IMG/VR virus record: IMGVR_UViG_3300047325_000170
Coordinates: 47,161-111,160 of that record
DNA: 64,000 nt
Origin: a virus
Strand: one strand, 5' to 3'
This document shows, one piece after another, positions 9,301 to 18,928 of the stretch (its first letter is position 1; each line of letters opens with the position of its first letter). The notes under the pieces are model-generated. The model searched no databases. It saw nothing but the letters and a program-made list of their open reading frames with translations, and had not been told where the DNA came from. The translations under genes were made by a program, and so were the position numbers.

Positions 9301-11583
9301 GCGTGTCTTCGCCTTGGCCGAACCGTAGGGCGCAATCGCCCGCGCACCCTTCCCGTAGCTGCCGCGCTGGACGCCTTCGTCATAGCCCGCATCGCTGTCG
9401 TCAGCGTCGTCTTGGGTATCGTCATTGATCGCAGCAATCGCCCGATCAGAACCGGGCAGGCCCACCGCGCCCATCGGCAGGATCTGGCCCGAGGCGGTGA
9501 CAAAGCCGGTGAGTTCTTGGTTAGCAGCCTTTTCTTTGATTTGCTCGTTGAGGGTGCGAAGATCTCCGCGGTACTTGGGATTGCGTTCGCCCTGGTGGGG
9601 GCCAGAGATCAAATACGGAAGATCCTCCGCATGCATGTATTTCGTCGGCTTGAGGATCGGGCCGAGAATTGGGTTGAGGAGGGCGCCCCAGGGTGAAGTG
9701 GGCTCAAAGAGCGGGGCGGAGATCGGATAGGGGCGGTCCTTGTAGTGCTTCTTCTCGTAGTGATAGCGATCAAAGAGGAAGTGCTGCGCCCAACTGAAGG
9801 GATGCGTCGGTGTGGGGAGGGCGGCATTAGCGTAGTATTCATCAACTGAACCGAAAAGGGTGTCGGTCTTGGTGATGTCGCCAGCTAAGGCTTGACGATG
9901 AGCATTGGGAGCAAAGTACTGGATGCGCTCGCCGCGGAACGGCGTGCTCGATCCGAAGCTCCACCAGCGGCCCTTGCGGACCGGGACATAGCCACTGTCC
10001 TGTTGCTCCTTGAGTTCCTCTTGGCTGAGGCCAACCTTCGCATCGACGAAGGGGTGGGCGATGTGAGAGAGGACACCGCCGGAGAGCTCATCGACATGCT
10101 TGAGCCACGGACTGATCCCAAGCTTGTCCTTAAGTCCCGCCCACCAGAGCTCACCCTTATCCTTGGCGAGCTGTGCTTGATCGGTCGGGCGGCGCCCCAT
10201 GAGCTTGCCGAGTTCATCGTTGAGATAGCCTGCGTAGAAGATCCCCGCCGCGATAGGCAAGGCCCGCTTGAGCATGACATTCGCAAAGTAGGCGGTCGGA
10301 CCCTTAAAGGCTAGCTTCCCGAGCTTGAACTCGGTGGATGATCCCGACATCGCAAGCCATGGGAAGAGGCCATTGTAGGCCATGCCCGTGTTGATACGCT
10401 CGAGGAGATGATAGGCGGCAAAGGTGCCGGTGTTGATCTCGGTTCCGCGGGTTGCCCCGAAGAACATGTTCTTGAGACCAGTGGGCGTGAACTCCATGGC
10501 CCGTGCCACCCCGAAGGGCAGCTGATCAGCAAGGCGTCGTGCCTCGGGAAGATCCTCGACTGCAATGTTTCCGAAGCGGGACTGCCAGAACTTCTCGCGG
10601 CCCTCTTTGCTCCAGATTGCCGCGCCGCGCTCATTGAGGCCAACGTCGAAGAAGCGTTGCGCACGAGCTCGTAAGCTGGTGTTTCCGGGATCGCGAATCG
10701 CAGCGATCTTCTCGAGCTTCTCATTGAGCGTCTCAAGGTTGAAAAGCCGCACCCCTTCTTCCTGAGAGATTCCCCGCTCTTCGCGGATAACATCTCCCCG
10801 GATCCTTGAGATGAGTTTTTGATTGCGACTAATGCGAGCATGGATATTGCCGACATCATAGCTCTCGCCGAGGAGATCGCCACGCATGCGCTCGATGGCG
10901 TTCTTCTTCTCGCCAATCCCCGCCTTACCATAGAGCCAGTACTTGCCTTCAATGGTATGGATCTTGCTCCACAGTAGCTGTGGAGGCGCCCCTTCGCCCG
11001 GGCTATCAAGAAGGGCTTGAACGACGTGAACCTTACCACCGACGAAGTAGGCACGGGCGTGCTCTGAGATCCCGCGCTTCTGGAGTTCTTCAGGGGTGAG
11101 GAGGCCGAGCTTGCCGATTCTCCCGAGGGCTTGGAACTGAGAGGTCGACTTGCCGGCCGTCCCATACATCTCACGGAGTTCAGGACCGAAGGCGAGCTTA
11201 TCGGCGATCTGGAGCGGCAGGAAGGTCTGAGACGCTTTCTGCCACGCGGTCATCAGCGGCGAGCGGCTAATGAACATCCCCAGGGCATGGATGCTATTGG
11301 CTTCAGGGGCCTTGCCCTGCAGGTGGTTGTAAAGGAGATTGGTTTCGATGGTCCGCCGCTGCATGGCACGCAGGGCAGTCGTTTGCTTCATCCAGCCAGG
11401 TGGCGTGAAGGCGAGGCCGCCCTGTTGGAAGGCGACCTGCATCTCCGCAGCAAGGGTCTTATCAGCCCACGGCTTGAGGCCCTTGCCCAACGCAAAAAGA
11501 CCGCCGACAGTAGCTGCTCCGGTGAGGAGCGAACGGCGGCGGTCGTCTTCGCTGTTGGGGGGGTTGTAGCCGTACTCAGCCAC
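6397..11583 (-). CDS. Giant virion protein (1728 aa) at the tape-measure position, with PD-(D/E)xK-like and thermonuclease-like domains
   Basis: GISGTVDFVT..PIEIHT...HREQLNL..GGIVYVNRDN (Cas4/RecB-like pattern); VHIDKMIDNNTF...PIRLAGV (SNase-like); hydrophobic segments; directly after the tail chaperones. Confidence 0.6.
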   Translation of the reverse strand: MAEYGYNPPNSEDDRRRSLLTGAATVGGLFALGKGLKPWADKTLAAEMQVAFQQGGLAFTPPGWMKQTTALRAMQRRTIETNLLYNHLQGKAPEANSIHALGMFISRSPLMTAWQKASQTFLPLQIADKLAFGPELREMYGTAGKSTSQFQALGRIGKLGLLTPEELQKRGISEHARAYFVGGKVHVVQALLDSPGEGAPPQLLWSKIHTIEGKYWLYGKAGIGEKKNAIERMRGDLLGESYDVGNIHARISRNQKLISRIRGDVIREERGISQEEGVRLFNLETLNEKLEKIAAIRDPGNTSLRARAQRFFDVGLNERGAAIWSKEGREKFWQSRFGNIAVEDLPEARRLADQLPFGVARAMEFTPTGLKNMFFGATRGTEINTGTFAAYHLLERINTGMAYNGLFPWLAMSGSSTEFKLGKLAFKGPTAYFANVMLKRALPIAAGIFYAGYLNDELGKLMGRRPTDQAQLAKDKGELWWAGLKDKLGISPWLKHVDELSGGVLSHIAHPFVDAKVGLSQEELKEQQDSGYVPVRKGRWWSFGSSTPFRGERIQYFAPNAHRQALAGDITKTDTLFGSVDEYYANAALPTPTHPFSWAQHFLFDRYHYEKKHYKDRPYPISAPLFEPTSPWGALLNPILGPILKPTKYMHAEDLPYLISGPHQGERNPKYRGDLRTLNEQIKEKAANQELTGFVTASGQILPMGAVGLPGSDRAIAAINDDTQDDADDSDAGYDEGVQRGSYGKGARAIAPYGSAKAKTRQKIRESNEKLKAAQRFTPGRMLEGTQAPGLFKSQDPNDPRSLKRLINPNDPRYQAGLGYYSLTEIGGIYGFAAASTVDYPYSNLPTLQSAGRMTSFERQYWDNWNTGGMLPTPGLSEAFRRFLPHRYHSNTEYNPIRNTMPTWLPGQGGEDPAYFLDFLHGDPYVTIPNGEARLPGAAYEKLHGIPAMDLKLRSTQIGYSRDGLYGLLTGDHEPFYAYSQEIAERGGELHEKIKHELLGESPGGKRDVSYDDKKLGISGTVDFVTKDGNPIEIHTLSQKRYRELHDTIDARHREQLNLDMAELGAKQGGIVYVNRDNPNEQRSAQLTFDQDLYDKTIAKVDDVRKQIAKETKEGLWSQGQFYDDVTKLEILGDVAPWSSQYRRYRDYLVHLPEGVLSDEDRARIKTVKEQVTQRKHRVTMAPYHLRYAQLDYETVHIDKMIDNNTFTTLEHPDNPIRLAGVHVRSDADATTWLSQNLGPGRTVKIGYAHDQAQRVSKDTLNTIHAVVFSHGRMLNREAIDQDYGSETQDSSPAGMHAQYTSNEIAWAGALERIGHLPITLLHNKYMALDSPIELYKRTQVYGKDWQDWKHPFRDYIFPSFESAAAQGIAGMAVAGAIGYFLGVGPLYGGKLIERLPNTKFGFKLGKIQLKSRAILMGASMAIAGALAFSHKVSQDPIPEYRKKERETKEYFDILKYMKYEGLYEKTRAYVLKHEHKDIGAIIDRYEREGDDRKHRISQLRQEKRRIIIKGDKKKQAKRLHEINQEISELQSYRKELKLTRDDILAIQYRQVAQTTLYGAKPGSDLQKVLLSLDPKEREFFQAFLKAPGPERKEILKMVPKNERRFLQAAYGLKVDEKPELIEYFKHHYLPPADWNGWQAENSLDDYRLVVTKQEGLDMTSQGFWPQDEERVSELGIKDIRPFRETPGNIKANLHRVLDGMGLRDIDIQLYPNNAQQHQVNMQIQQAA

Positions 11584-11595
11584 GTAGGAAGTCCT

Positions 11596-12342
11596 TTACG
11601 ATCTGTTCTGTTTGAGACTTGCCATCAGTTGCTGACGACGTTGTGCTTTCTCGAACTTTGGTAGGACTTCACTGAGCGGCTTGAGGGCTGCTCGATCTGC
11701 GCCGTCGATGACCCCGAGGGTTGATCCACTCTCGTCGGCGACCTGTTGATTCTTGTTGAGGCGCTCTTGAAGTTCGGCCATGCGTTCTTTGTTATTGAGG
11801 CCACGCGGTGGCTTGATTGGTTTCTCTTCTTCTTTCTTACTCTGCTGGATCTTCAGCCCCGGCGTCGTCGCTTCAAGGATCCAACAAGCCCGTGCATAGG
11901 CATCGAAGAGTTGATCGTGACTCCAATCACTGTAGCGGGCGAAAAGCCCCCCGCCATCAAAGGCATAGTCGATCATCGTCTCCATCTGAGCTTCAAAGTC
12001 TTCAACGATACGCCCCTGGTAGAAGCCGAGGCGTCCTTCCATATCGATGATGCCGGAAGAATTGAGGACCTGAGCGCAGATAGCATCCGGTACACCGGCC
12101 GGTCCATCTTGGACTGCGGGGGCATCTGCCTTCCATCCCTCGGGCCAGAGGAGCGTTGTCTCGCAGACTTCTTCGGCGCGTTCGAGCTCGTCTTCGATAT
12201 GAATAATAGCTCGGTACTCACGCCGCGAGAGTCGCCGGTAGATGTAGATCTGCTCGACGTGCTGGAATAAGAAAATAGCCCCGTAGTCAGCAATCCAACT
12301 ACGGAAGCGTTCCTCCGGCGGCGCTTGCGGCGCTGCCTCCAC
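11596..12342 (-). CDS. Putative tail assembly chaperone 2
   Basis: Between tube genes and giant protein; YRRLSRREY...LWP...PAG matches the adjacent upstream ORF. Confidence 0.55.
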   Translation of the reverse strand: MEAAPQAPPEERFRSWIADYGAIFLFQHVEQIYIYRRLSRREYRAIIHIEDELERAEEVCETTLLWPEGWKADAPAVQDGPAGVPDAICAQVLNSSGIIDMEGRLGFYQGRIVEDFEAQMETMIDYAFDGGGLFARYSDWSHDQLFDAYARACWILEATTPGLKIQQSKKEEEKPIKPPRGLNNKERMAELQERLNKNQQVADESGSTLGVIDGADRAALKPLSEVLPKFEKAQRRQQLMASLKQNRS

Positions 12343-12345
12343 TCC

Positions 12346-12822
12346 TTAGAGCTGAATGCTCTCCGCGACGGGTTGGAAAGCGGAGTAGGCATAGAACTCT
12401 TGCATCACGACTTGGACAGCACCGGCCGGCATGTTCTGCAACACGGTGCGGTCCGAGCAATCCGGGAAGAGACAGATCTTCGTGAAGAGGGTATCTTCGC
12501 GTTGATCGGGATCTTCGATAGCGGAAATAAGCTTCTGAACGGCCTTCCACTCAAGGCGCGTCATCGTGCGATAGACACATCCACTGCCATCGGCGAAGAG
12601 CACGCAGAGCACCTTGCTGTGAGGATACTTAAGCTTGATTTCCTCGACCTGAGAGCGCGTGGGGCCGCCTTCATAGAGAGGCTCATCCTGACCGAGCGTC
12701 TCAAGGACGCTGGCGGTCTTCGGTGGCTCTTCGGCAACGACGGGGGCAACGACGGGGAATTCTTCAGCGAAGGGAATTGCATCGAGGGCAGCTTGCTGTT
12801 CGGCGGTTAACTCTTCAGACAA
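12346..12822 (-). CDS. Putative tail assembly chaperone 1
   Basis: Position; YRTMTRLEW...LFP...PAG; paralogue of 11596..12342. Confidence 0.55.
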   Translation of the reverse strand: MSEELTAEQQAALDAIPFAEEFPVVAPVVAEEPPKTASVLETLGQDEPLYEGGPTRSQVEEIKLKYPHSKVLCVLFADGSGCVYRTMTRLEWKAVQKLISAIEDPDQREDTLFTKICLFPDCSDRTVLQNMPAGAVQVVMQEFYAYSAFQPVAESIQL

Positions 12823-12852
12823 AACACATCAAACCCTTGGGAGATCGTGCAC

Positions 12853-13554
12853 TTACAAGCTTACGATAGAGCGATTGGGCGCATTGATATCAGTAGCGAT
12901 GAACTGGAACATCTCTTGGATGTTTTCACCAGAGAGGTCGATGCGTTGGCCGACCGACATCAGGCTGACTCCCTCAATCGTACGGACGCGTCCGCTATTA
13001 CGAGCAGTGATGTCAATACTGTCGATATCTCCGTAGACGAGCAAGATCTGAAAGTTCGTATTAGTGAAGTAAGGAACACGCGAGAGATCGGTTTGCCCTT
13101 GGTTGATGATCGTCTCGAGATTGCCCCAGTTGATGTTCTTTTGATTCTGGATCCACTGTTGATAGCCGGTCGGGTCCGTCTGGGGGTCCGGCATCGCCGT
13201 TGGGGCATAGGGATTCGGTTGAAGGGTCTGCGAGGCGAGCGGCGCCGCTTCTTGGTCATTGATGCTATTGACCAACTCATGGAGGTAATCGCCCGGCCGC
13301 AGGTTGATACAGAAAGACCCCTGGACGATACGCGTCCCTGGGATAATCCTATTAGCAGTATAGGATGCGTAGGAATAGATTGGGTATTGGTTTTCGGTCA
13401 ACGCGCATTGAAACTCACAGATTTCGTCGATGTAATTGCCAGCCAAGAAGAGCGAGACGTCAACCCCGGAGAAGTATTCAACAGGATAGACTTCGTTGTA
13501 GGCCGGTGTGTAGGGGTTGACCTGCGCCCCGCGGTAGGGAGTGATGAAGGACAT
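12853..13554 (-). CDS. Tail tube-like protein (paralogue 3)
   Basis: YFSGVDV...YPIYSY...GTRIVQGSF aligns by eye to the two upstream tube-like ORFs. Confidence 0.6.
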   Translation of the reverse strand: MSFITPYRGAQVNPYTPAYNEVYPVEYFSGVDVSLFLAGNYIDEICEFQCALTENQYPIYSYASYTANRIIPGTRIVQGSFCINLRPGDYLHELVNSINDQEAAPLASQTLQPNPYAPTAMPDPQTDPTGYQQWIQNQKNINWGNLETIINQGQTDLSRVPYFTNTNFQILLVYGDIDSIDITARNSGRVRTIEGVSLMSVGQRIDLSGENIQEMFQFIATDINAPNRSIVSL

Positions 13555-14204
13555 TAGGCGATGACGGCCCCGGAACTAACCACCGTCGGATAGGCTGGTT
13601 GGAGGGGAACGTAGTCGAGAGCGATGTAGGACATCTGCTCCTCAAGGATCAGGTCATCGATACCGGCAGTTATGCCATTCGTGACAATCTCAACGCCGAT
13701 GATCTTCGCGAGCGATGACTGCCCATACTCATTGACCATGGTGATTGTGATATCGAAAGGGGGAACTTCGTCCGCCTGCATGCGGGCAATGACTGCGGGA
13801 AGGTTTCCCGTTGCCGTCGAGTAGTTCGTATTGACCTGTTGGTAGTAGCTCGAAACCGCGTTCTCGACGGCGTAGAGGCTCTCTCGGTCAAACATCGTAA
13901 AGATCAGAGATCCCGCAATGGTCCGGCAGCCACGGGTGAAGCCTCGGGGGTTGATGGACTTTAAGGCGCGGACCGGCACCTTGTCACGGTGGGTCGAAAT
14001 CGAGACCGTCTGGAGGGTCGCAATCGTGATCGGAGCGGTGATCAGGGGCGAGGGGTTAAAACCCACCCCCGGCTGATACTGGTCATTGGTCAGCATCGGG
14101 ACCGTAATCGAACAGACGATGTCGCAGCCGGCGTAGCTCGAGAAGAGCGACGTCATGTAGGCGTTGGGGCCAGTCGGGAGCATGGCGGGCAGGTAGCTAG
14201 ACAA
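13554..14204 (-). CDS. Tail tube-like protein (paralogue 2)
   Basis: SYAGCD...LQTVSISTHRDKVPV...RGCRTIAGSLIF...PPFDITITMVNEYG. Confidence 0.65.
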   Translation of the reverse strand: MSSYLPAMLPTGPNAYMTSLFSSYAGCDIVCSITVPMLTNDQYQPGVGFNPSPLITAPITIATLQTVSISTHRDKVPVRALKSINPRGFTRGCRTIAGSLIFTMFDRESLYAVENAVSSYYQQVNTNYSTATGNLPAVIARMQADEVPPFDITITMVNEYGQSSLAKIIGVEIVTNGITAGIDDLILEEQMSYIALDYVPLQPAYPTVVSSGAVIA

Positions 14205-14240
14205 GGCTCATCCTAGAGGTGGAGCTAAACTACGCTAGCC

Positions 14241-14274
14241 AAAACAAAGAAGGGAGAGCCGAAGCTCTCCCTTC
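14241..14274 (-). terminator. Intrinsic terminator after tail tube gene
   Basis: 11-bp stem GAAGGGAGAGC/GCTCTCCCTTC, 4-nt loop, followed by TTTGTTTT on the minus strand. Confidence 0.85.
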
Positions 14275-14305
14275 CAGAGTATCACAAAAGCGGGGTCTTT
14301 GCCAG

Positions 14306-15076
14306 TTAGGACGTTTTGCCGGTCTGGCCGTTCGGGGTAACCGAGGACTGGCTGATGGGCGAGCTGGTGTTGGCGATACCGCTCGTGTAGAAGCCAGGGC
14401 GCAGACGCTGTGCCTTACGGGCGATGAAGGTGCAGGCACGCTCGAGGTTGATGTCGTCGATGGAGACGCCGGTTCCCTCGTTGAGGATTTCGACGTCTTG
14501 GATGATCATGTTCGCGGCGTTGCCATATTCGTTCGCGAAGGTGATCGTGATGTCGAAGGGTGGGACCTGATCTTCGTAGGTCCAGAACTCACCAGGCTGG
14601 TCGCCGTGGAGTTGGACGAAGGGCGTGCTGTTCGCGGCAACCTGGGCGGCGTTGGCAGCATTGAACTGCACGACCGTCGAGAGGTTGTTGAGTGTCGAGT
14701 TAAGCGGGAGACCGTTGTAGACACCGGCTTGGTTGACCAGGTTCGTTGGCTGGGCGTTGACCTGGATCACACCCTGATTGCCGGCTGCCGTGTACTGTGG
14801 GATCGTGCCGAATTGAGCAGCTGCCTGCTCCATTTCGACGAGAAGCGCGTCGCGGTCAAACATGACGAAGACGAGATTCCCGGCGATGCCACGCTTACCG
14901 CGGCTGAAGGAGAGCGGGTCGGGGTCCCCGAGGACATAGATGGGACCCTTCTCACGCTGAATGTTAATCGTGATCGCCTGGAGCTCTCCGATGACCTGCC
15001 CGTTGAAGGTGGCAATGGCGTCCGCACCCGAAAAGCTGGTGTAGGTGCCGTCAGTGCCCAGATTGAAATTTGCCAA
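14306..15076 (-). CDS. Major tail tube protein
   Basis: Immediately after sheath; SFSGAD...ELQAITINIQREKGPIY...RGKRGIAGNLVF...PPFDITITFANEYG; followed by a terminator. Confidence 0.75.
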   Translation of the reverse strand: MANFNLGTDGTYTSFSGADAIATFNGQVIGELQAITINIQREKGPIYVLGDPDPLSFSRGKRGIAGNLVFVMFDRDALLVEMEQAAAQFGTIPQYTAAGNQGVIQVNAQPTNLVNQAGVYNGLPLNSTLNNLSTVVQFNAANAAQVAANSTPFVQLHGDQPGEFWTYEDQVPPFDITITFANEYGNAANMIIQDVEILNEGTGVSIDDINLERACTFIARKAQRLRPGFYTSGIANTSSPISQSSVTPNGQTGKTS

Positions 15077-15129
15077 GAGTCATACCTCTAGATAGAGCTA
15101 CCTGAGCTCCAGGTTCTAGCACTAACCTA

Positions 15130-16809
15130 TTAGGTTACTCCACCTTGTTGGCTGCTGCTGCCGGACTGGGTGATCGCTCCCGGTGCAGTGAGCGAGATCG
15201 TGACGTAGATCTTCCGGATCTGCAGAGCGGGAACGAGCTGCAGGTTGATCTGGAAGGTACCGGCGATCTGGTTCGCTGCCGTAGCGTTGATGTTCCAGGT
15301 GTAGTCAAGCAGGGCACCTGAGCTCTTGAGAGCCGCGAGTGCGGAGTTGACGGCGGTACCCATGGCGTTAATCGTAGCGGGGTTGGCTGCTCCGCCGATG
15401 AAGCCGGCGCAAGCCTGACGGACCGCTTCCATCGAGGCGTAGGTGATACGCAGCGTGGAGAGCTTGGCGAAGTCTCCACCAGAGACTTCGTAGGTCTGGT
15501 CAGCAACCGTGCGGACCGATCCCTGCTGGGTGTTGAAGACCACGAAGCCCGGACCGGAACCGACGAGGGTGTTGATGACCGAGGCTCCGTAGTTGTAGGA
15601 GAGGCCGACAACCGAAGAGAGGGTCTTGTTCGTCATACCGATTTGCGGCTGGATGGTCGTCGACTTTCCAGCGTAGGTTGCGGCGCCGTCCATGACGTAG
15701 TTGCCAAGGCGCTGGTTGTTGAGGATCGGGTCGGGACCGACGCAGATGTTGAGCAAGTACCCGATGTTCAGAGCCGCACCCGCCGTGGTCAAGACCTCAG
15801 CGTTTGAGACCGCCGGGCTGTTCGTGTTGTAGCCCGAGAGGTAGTTGAAGTTGTACTTTGTTAACGCCAACTGATTGCCGCGACGAACCGCGTTCGTGAA
15901 GGTCGGCACCGAGAGGGGAGCAACTGAGATCACACCGTAGCAGGACTGGGTATCGACCGAGACGCGCGCACAGAACTGCGCGAGATTCTGACCGAACCAG
16001 ACCGTATCGCCGCTGTTTGCATTGGCGATGGTTGGGTTGCCGGAGGCATCGAGCGCGTAGGTGGGCTGCAGGTAAGCACCCAGGGGGCAGACGACGTCCA
16101 CGCCGTAGGTCTCGAGCTGCATGTAGGCCGCAACGAGCGCGTCATTGTACTGCGCATCGGTGAGGTTGGTGCCGTCGTTACCACCGCTGAAGTTGGTCGG
16201 GCCAGAGTTCACAACGTTGATCGTGGCGAGGGGGTTCCCTGACGTGCTCGCCTGCGTTGCGACAACGTTGATCGTCGAGAAGTTAACCGCGTTCATCAGG
16301 TCGCCCCAGATGCCGCCCACCGGGATCGGGAAGGCGTGCGCGACGCCATCGAGGGTCGTGATGGTCAGAGATCCAGCGCCTGTGCCGGGAGCAACAACCG
16401 TTGCCGTCAGGCCATTGTACTTCACGCCGGGGTAGTTCGCGGTGAGGGTCACGCTATTCGCGGGGGTGACCGTGTCGGTGATAACAACTGAAGAACCCGT
16501 GCCCGAAACGCGCACGAGGTTGATGTTGGTGCAGCCAGCTTGGAAGGCTTCGTAGACGCCGCGAGTGAGCGACTTCGCCAGAATCGGCGCAGCCGTAATC
16601 GACGGCGCTGCCGTGGTGATCCCGAAGATCTGCTCGGCTTGAGCAATCGAGGTGATCTGGATCGGCGTGTAAAGGGGGCCGTCCGTCGCCACACCAAGCA
16701 GCAAGACTGCGTCGGTGAGATTCTGCGGCGGTTGTGCAACCTTGAGGCCGAAGTCCTGAATCTGGGCTACAAAGCCTGGAGTATTCGGGTAGATGTCGGA
16801 GATTGGCAA
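15130..16809 (-). CDS. Tail sheath protein
   Basis: N-terminal PGFVAQIQD, LLGVATDGP..P, FSGGNDG, C-terminal LRI...FIG...LVPALQIRKIYVTISL as in contractile sheaths; start placed at TTG 16809 behind AGGAG. Confidence 0.85.
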   Translation of the reverse strand: MPISDIYPNTPGFVAQIQDFGLKVAQPPQNLTDAVLLLGVATDGPLYTPIQITSIAQAEQIFGITTAAPSITAAPILAKSLTRGVYEAFQAGCTNINLVRVSGTGSSVVITDTVTPANSVTLTANYPGVKYNGLTATVVAPGTGAGSLTITTLDGVAHAFPIPVGGIWGDLMNAVNFSTINVVATQASTSGNPLATINVVNSGPTNFSGGNDGTNLTDAQYNDALVAAYMQLETYGVDVVCPLGAYLQPTYALDASGNPTIANANSGDTVWFGQNLAQFCARVSVDTQSCYGVISVAPLSVPTFTNAVRRGNQLALTKYNFNYLSGYNTNSPAVSNAEVLTTAGAALNIGYLLNICVGPDPILNNQRLGNYVMDGAATYAGKSTTIQPQIGMTNKTLSSVVGLSYNYGASVINTLVGSGPGFVVFNTQQGSVRTVADQTYEVSGGDFAKLSTLRITYASMEAVRQACAGFIGGAANPATINAMGTAVNSALAALKSSGALLDYTWNINATAANQIAGTFQINLQLVPALQIRKIYVTISLTAPGAITQSGSSSQQGGVT

Positions 16810-16921
16810 GTCACTCTCTCCTTGAGAGGAGATCAACAAACTCTAACTTACCCTGCATCTAGCGAACAGGCTCTTCAGCCCTAGCGCTCAGGTAATCTTG
16901 CGTGTACCTCTGGAGAGAGGC

Positions 16922-17848
16922 CTAGCCCGGGGTAAGGTCGGGGGCGTCACCATTACCACTTGGCACAATCGGAGAGTCGGGAACTCCCGTAATCGTTGTG
17001 ACCAGTTGCTCGGTGCCGCTGACGTCACTTGTCGGGTCAACGATGCCGGCTTGGATGAGGATCTGCTCGATCTCAGCGAAGTTAGCAACCGTTTGACGCT
17101 CGATGCGTGCGTTGTAGTAGAAGGCTTTATTTGGGAACTCTTGGGCTCGCGGTGGATCGAAGAGTGCGTCGCGGCCCTGCATCCGGAAGGTCAGTTGCTG
17201 CAATCCGGTCTGAATAAAGATCCCTGAGTAGGTGAGCATGAGATCTTCAAAGCGTTCAGCGTAGTCGTACATCGTTTGCCAGGTTGAGCCGTAGACCGTG
17301 AACATCTGAACGACATCGAAGCTCTGGCCCCAGATCCACTGTCCGCCCTGCGGTGCCGGTGAAGCGACGGTGATCAGCCCCGTATCGGTCTGGACCTGCG
17401 TCGTTACTTGATTCGTGCGATCTTCCCGGATCCGTGGCTTGATCTCTTTACGTCCGTTGAAGTCAGCGGGAGTCTTCGAGATCGTCTCGTGGGTGATGAT
17501 GACACCCTTTAAGCTCTTGGGATTCTCAGGAAGGAGCGCATAGTCTTGGGTGAAGAGGAACTCTGGGTCAGTACCGCTGGCGTTTCCCCAGGCCGCATTC
17601 ATGATGCGGTGCATGACCTTCATCCAGCCTTGGATCGTGCGGCAGTCATCGTAGGTCTGCTCGCTTGCATCCGGGGCGAGGCGCGCATCGAGGGGCTTGG
17701 GATAGTTCTTGAGCCGCGCCTTGACGACCGCTGCCTTACCGTTATTGGCGATGAAGATTGAACTGCCCTGAGGGGCATTGTAGGCAAGCGATGGGATCTG
17801 CTGCTGATCGAAGGGAAGCTCGGAGGGATTCGGTGGGATGAAGCTCAT
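16922..17848 (-). CDS. Putative tail completion/terminator protein
   Basis: 308-aa ORF immediately upstream of sheath; positional inference. Confidence 0.45.
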   Translation of the reverse strand: MSFIPPNPSELPFDQQQIPSLAYNAPQGSSIFIANNGKAAVVKARLKNYPKPLDARLAPDASEQTYDDCRTIQGWMKVMHRIMNAAWGNASGTDPEFLFTQDYALLPENPKSLKGVIITHETISKTPADFNGRKEIKPRIREDRTNQVTTQVQTDTGLITVASPAPQGGQWIWGQSFDVVQMFTVYGSTWQTMYDYAERFEDLMLTYSGIFIQTGLQQLTFRMQGRDALFDPPRAQEFPNKAFYYNARIERQTVANFAEIEQILIQAGIVDPTSDVSGTEQLVTTITGVPDSPIVPSGNGDAPDLTPG

Positions 17849-18925
17849 TTAGAGCACCAAGTTGATCTGCGCAGAGACCTGAATGAAGTCGGTTTCGAAG
17901 GGCGGCAAGACCGAGACCGTGATGTAGACCGCGCTCTGGACCGCTTGGACGGTGATGTCATAGGTGTAGGCGAGGATCGTTCCTGCGCTCTTGAGCGTAT
18001 CGAGAACCCCGACGACGAGCGGCGTAAGATTCGATGGCGCGGGATCTCCGATGAAGCTGACCGTAAGATCTCGTAAGGCACGAGAGACGGCATTGGCAAT
18101 CCGCATCGTCGAGAGAGTGTGGAAATCTGAAGAGTAGATCGGCGAGCTTGGATTGTTGCTTGTCGCCGTCACACCGTAGAAGGGCGAGACCCCATTGCGG
18201 ATATGGTACTTGAGTACCGTATAGCCCGCGTTCGAGAGTGCTTGGGCATCGCTTGTATCGTAGGGGTTGAGCAGATTGAGCCCCGCCAGGGTTTCGTTCG
18301 TGATGCTAACTGCAGGGGTGAGCTTGGCCATCAAGCCTGCCACTGAGGGTGCCGCATCGGCCTGGTATTGCGAGGGGATGTTCGGATTGATCAGCACCTG
18401 ATCGAGGGTGAGCACGAAGTTCCGACCAAGAACATCGAGCGCATTTTCAAGGGTGTTGAAGCCTGCGTTGTACCCATCTGGTGAAGCGGTGAGAGCTGCG
18501 ACACCAGGACTCGGATCGGCTGGCATGACGGTAATCGTCGGGAAGCCGATCTGACTGCGCAGGTACGAGAACTGTCCGAAGAGGGCAAGGTTAGAAGGTG
18601 TTGCGATCATGCCGGCCGGGACCAGGATGTCATACGGGATGTCTTTGAGGTAATCAAAGACAGCCGAGAGATCGCTTTCCTGGTAGATGGCAACGGCGAT
18701 GATACAAGGGGCGCTTTGCCGGAAGAGTTCGCCAATCGCGCGGGTAAAGCGTCCGTAGCCGTAAAGGTTCGCCGCTGAAACCAGGTCCGTAATAATGTAG
18801 GGCGTGTTGTAGATCGAGAGATCAAGACCAGGAACGACGCCAAGCACGAGGACCGTTTGGTTGACGGGGAGGTTCGGTGTTGCGGGAGCAAGCGGTGCGA
18901 ACGAGGTAGGGGAGAGATAACTCAC
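17849..18925 (-). CDS. Second, shorter tail-sheath-like protein
   Basis: C-terminus TLSTMRIANAVSRALRDLTVSFIG...LKSAGTILAY aligns with sheath KLSTLRITYASMEAVRQACAGFIG...LKSSGALLDY. Confidence 0.65.
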   Translation of the reverse strand: MSYLSPTSFAPLAPATPNLPVNQTVLVLGVVPGLDLSIYNTPYIITDLVSAANLYGYGRFTRAIGELFRQSAPCIIAVAIYQESDLSAVFDYLKDIPYDILVPAGMIATPSNLALFGQFSYLRSQIGFPTITVMPADPSPGVAALTASPDGYNAGFNTLENALDVLGRNFVLTLDQVLINPNIPSQYQADAAPSVAGLMAKLTPAVSITNETLAGLNLLNPYDTSDAQALSNAGYTVLKYHIRNGVSPFYGVTATSNNPSSPIYSSDFHTLSTMRIANAVSRALRDLTVSFIGDPAPSNLTPLVVGVLDTLKSAGTILAYTYDITVQAVQSAVYITVSVLPPFETDFIQVSAQINLVL

Positions 18926-18928
18926 AGC

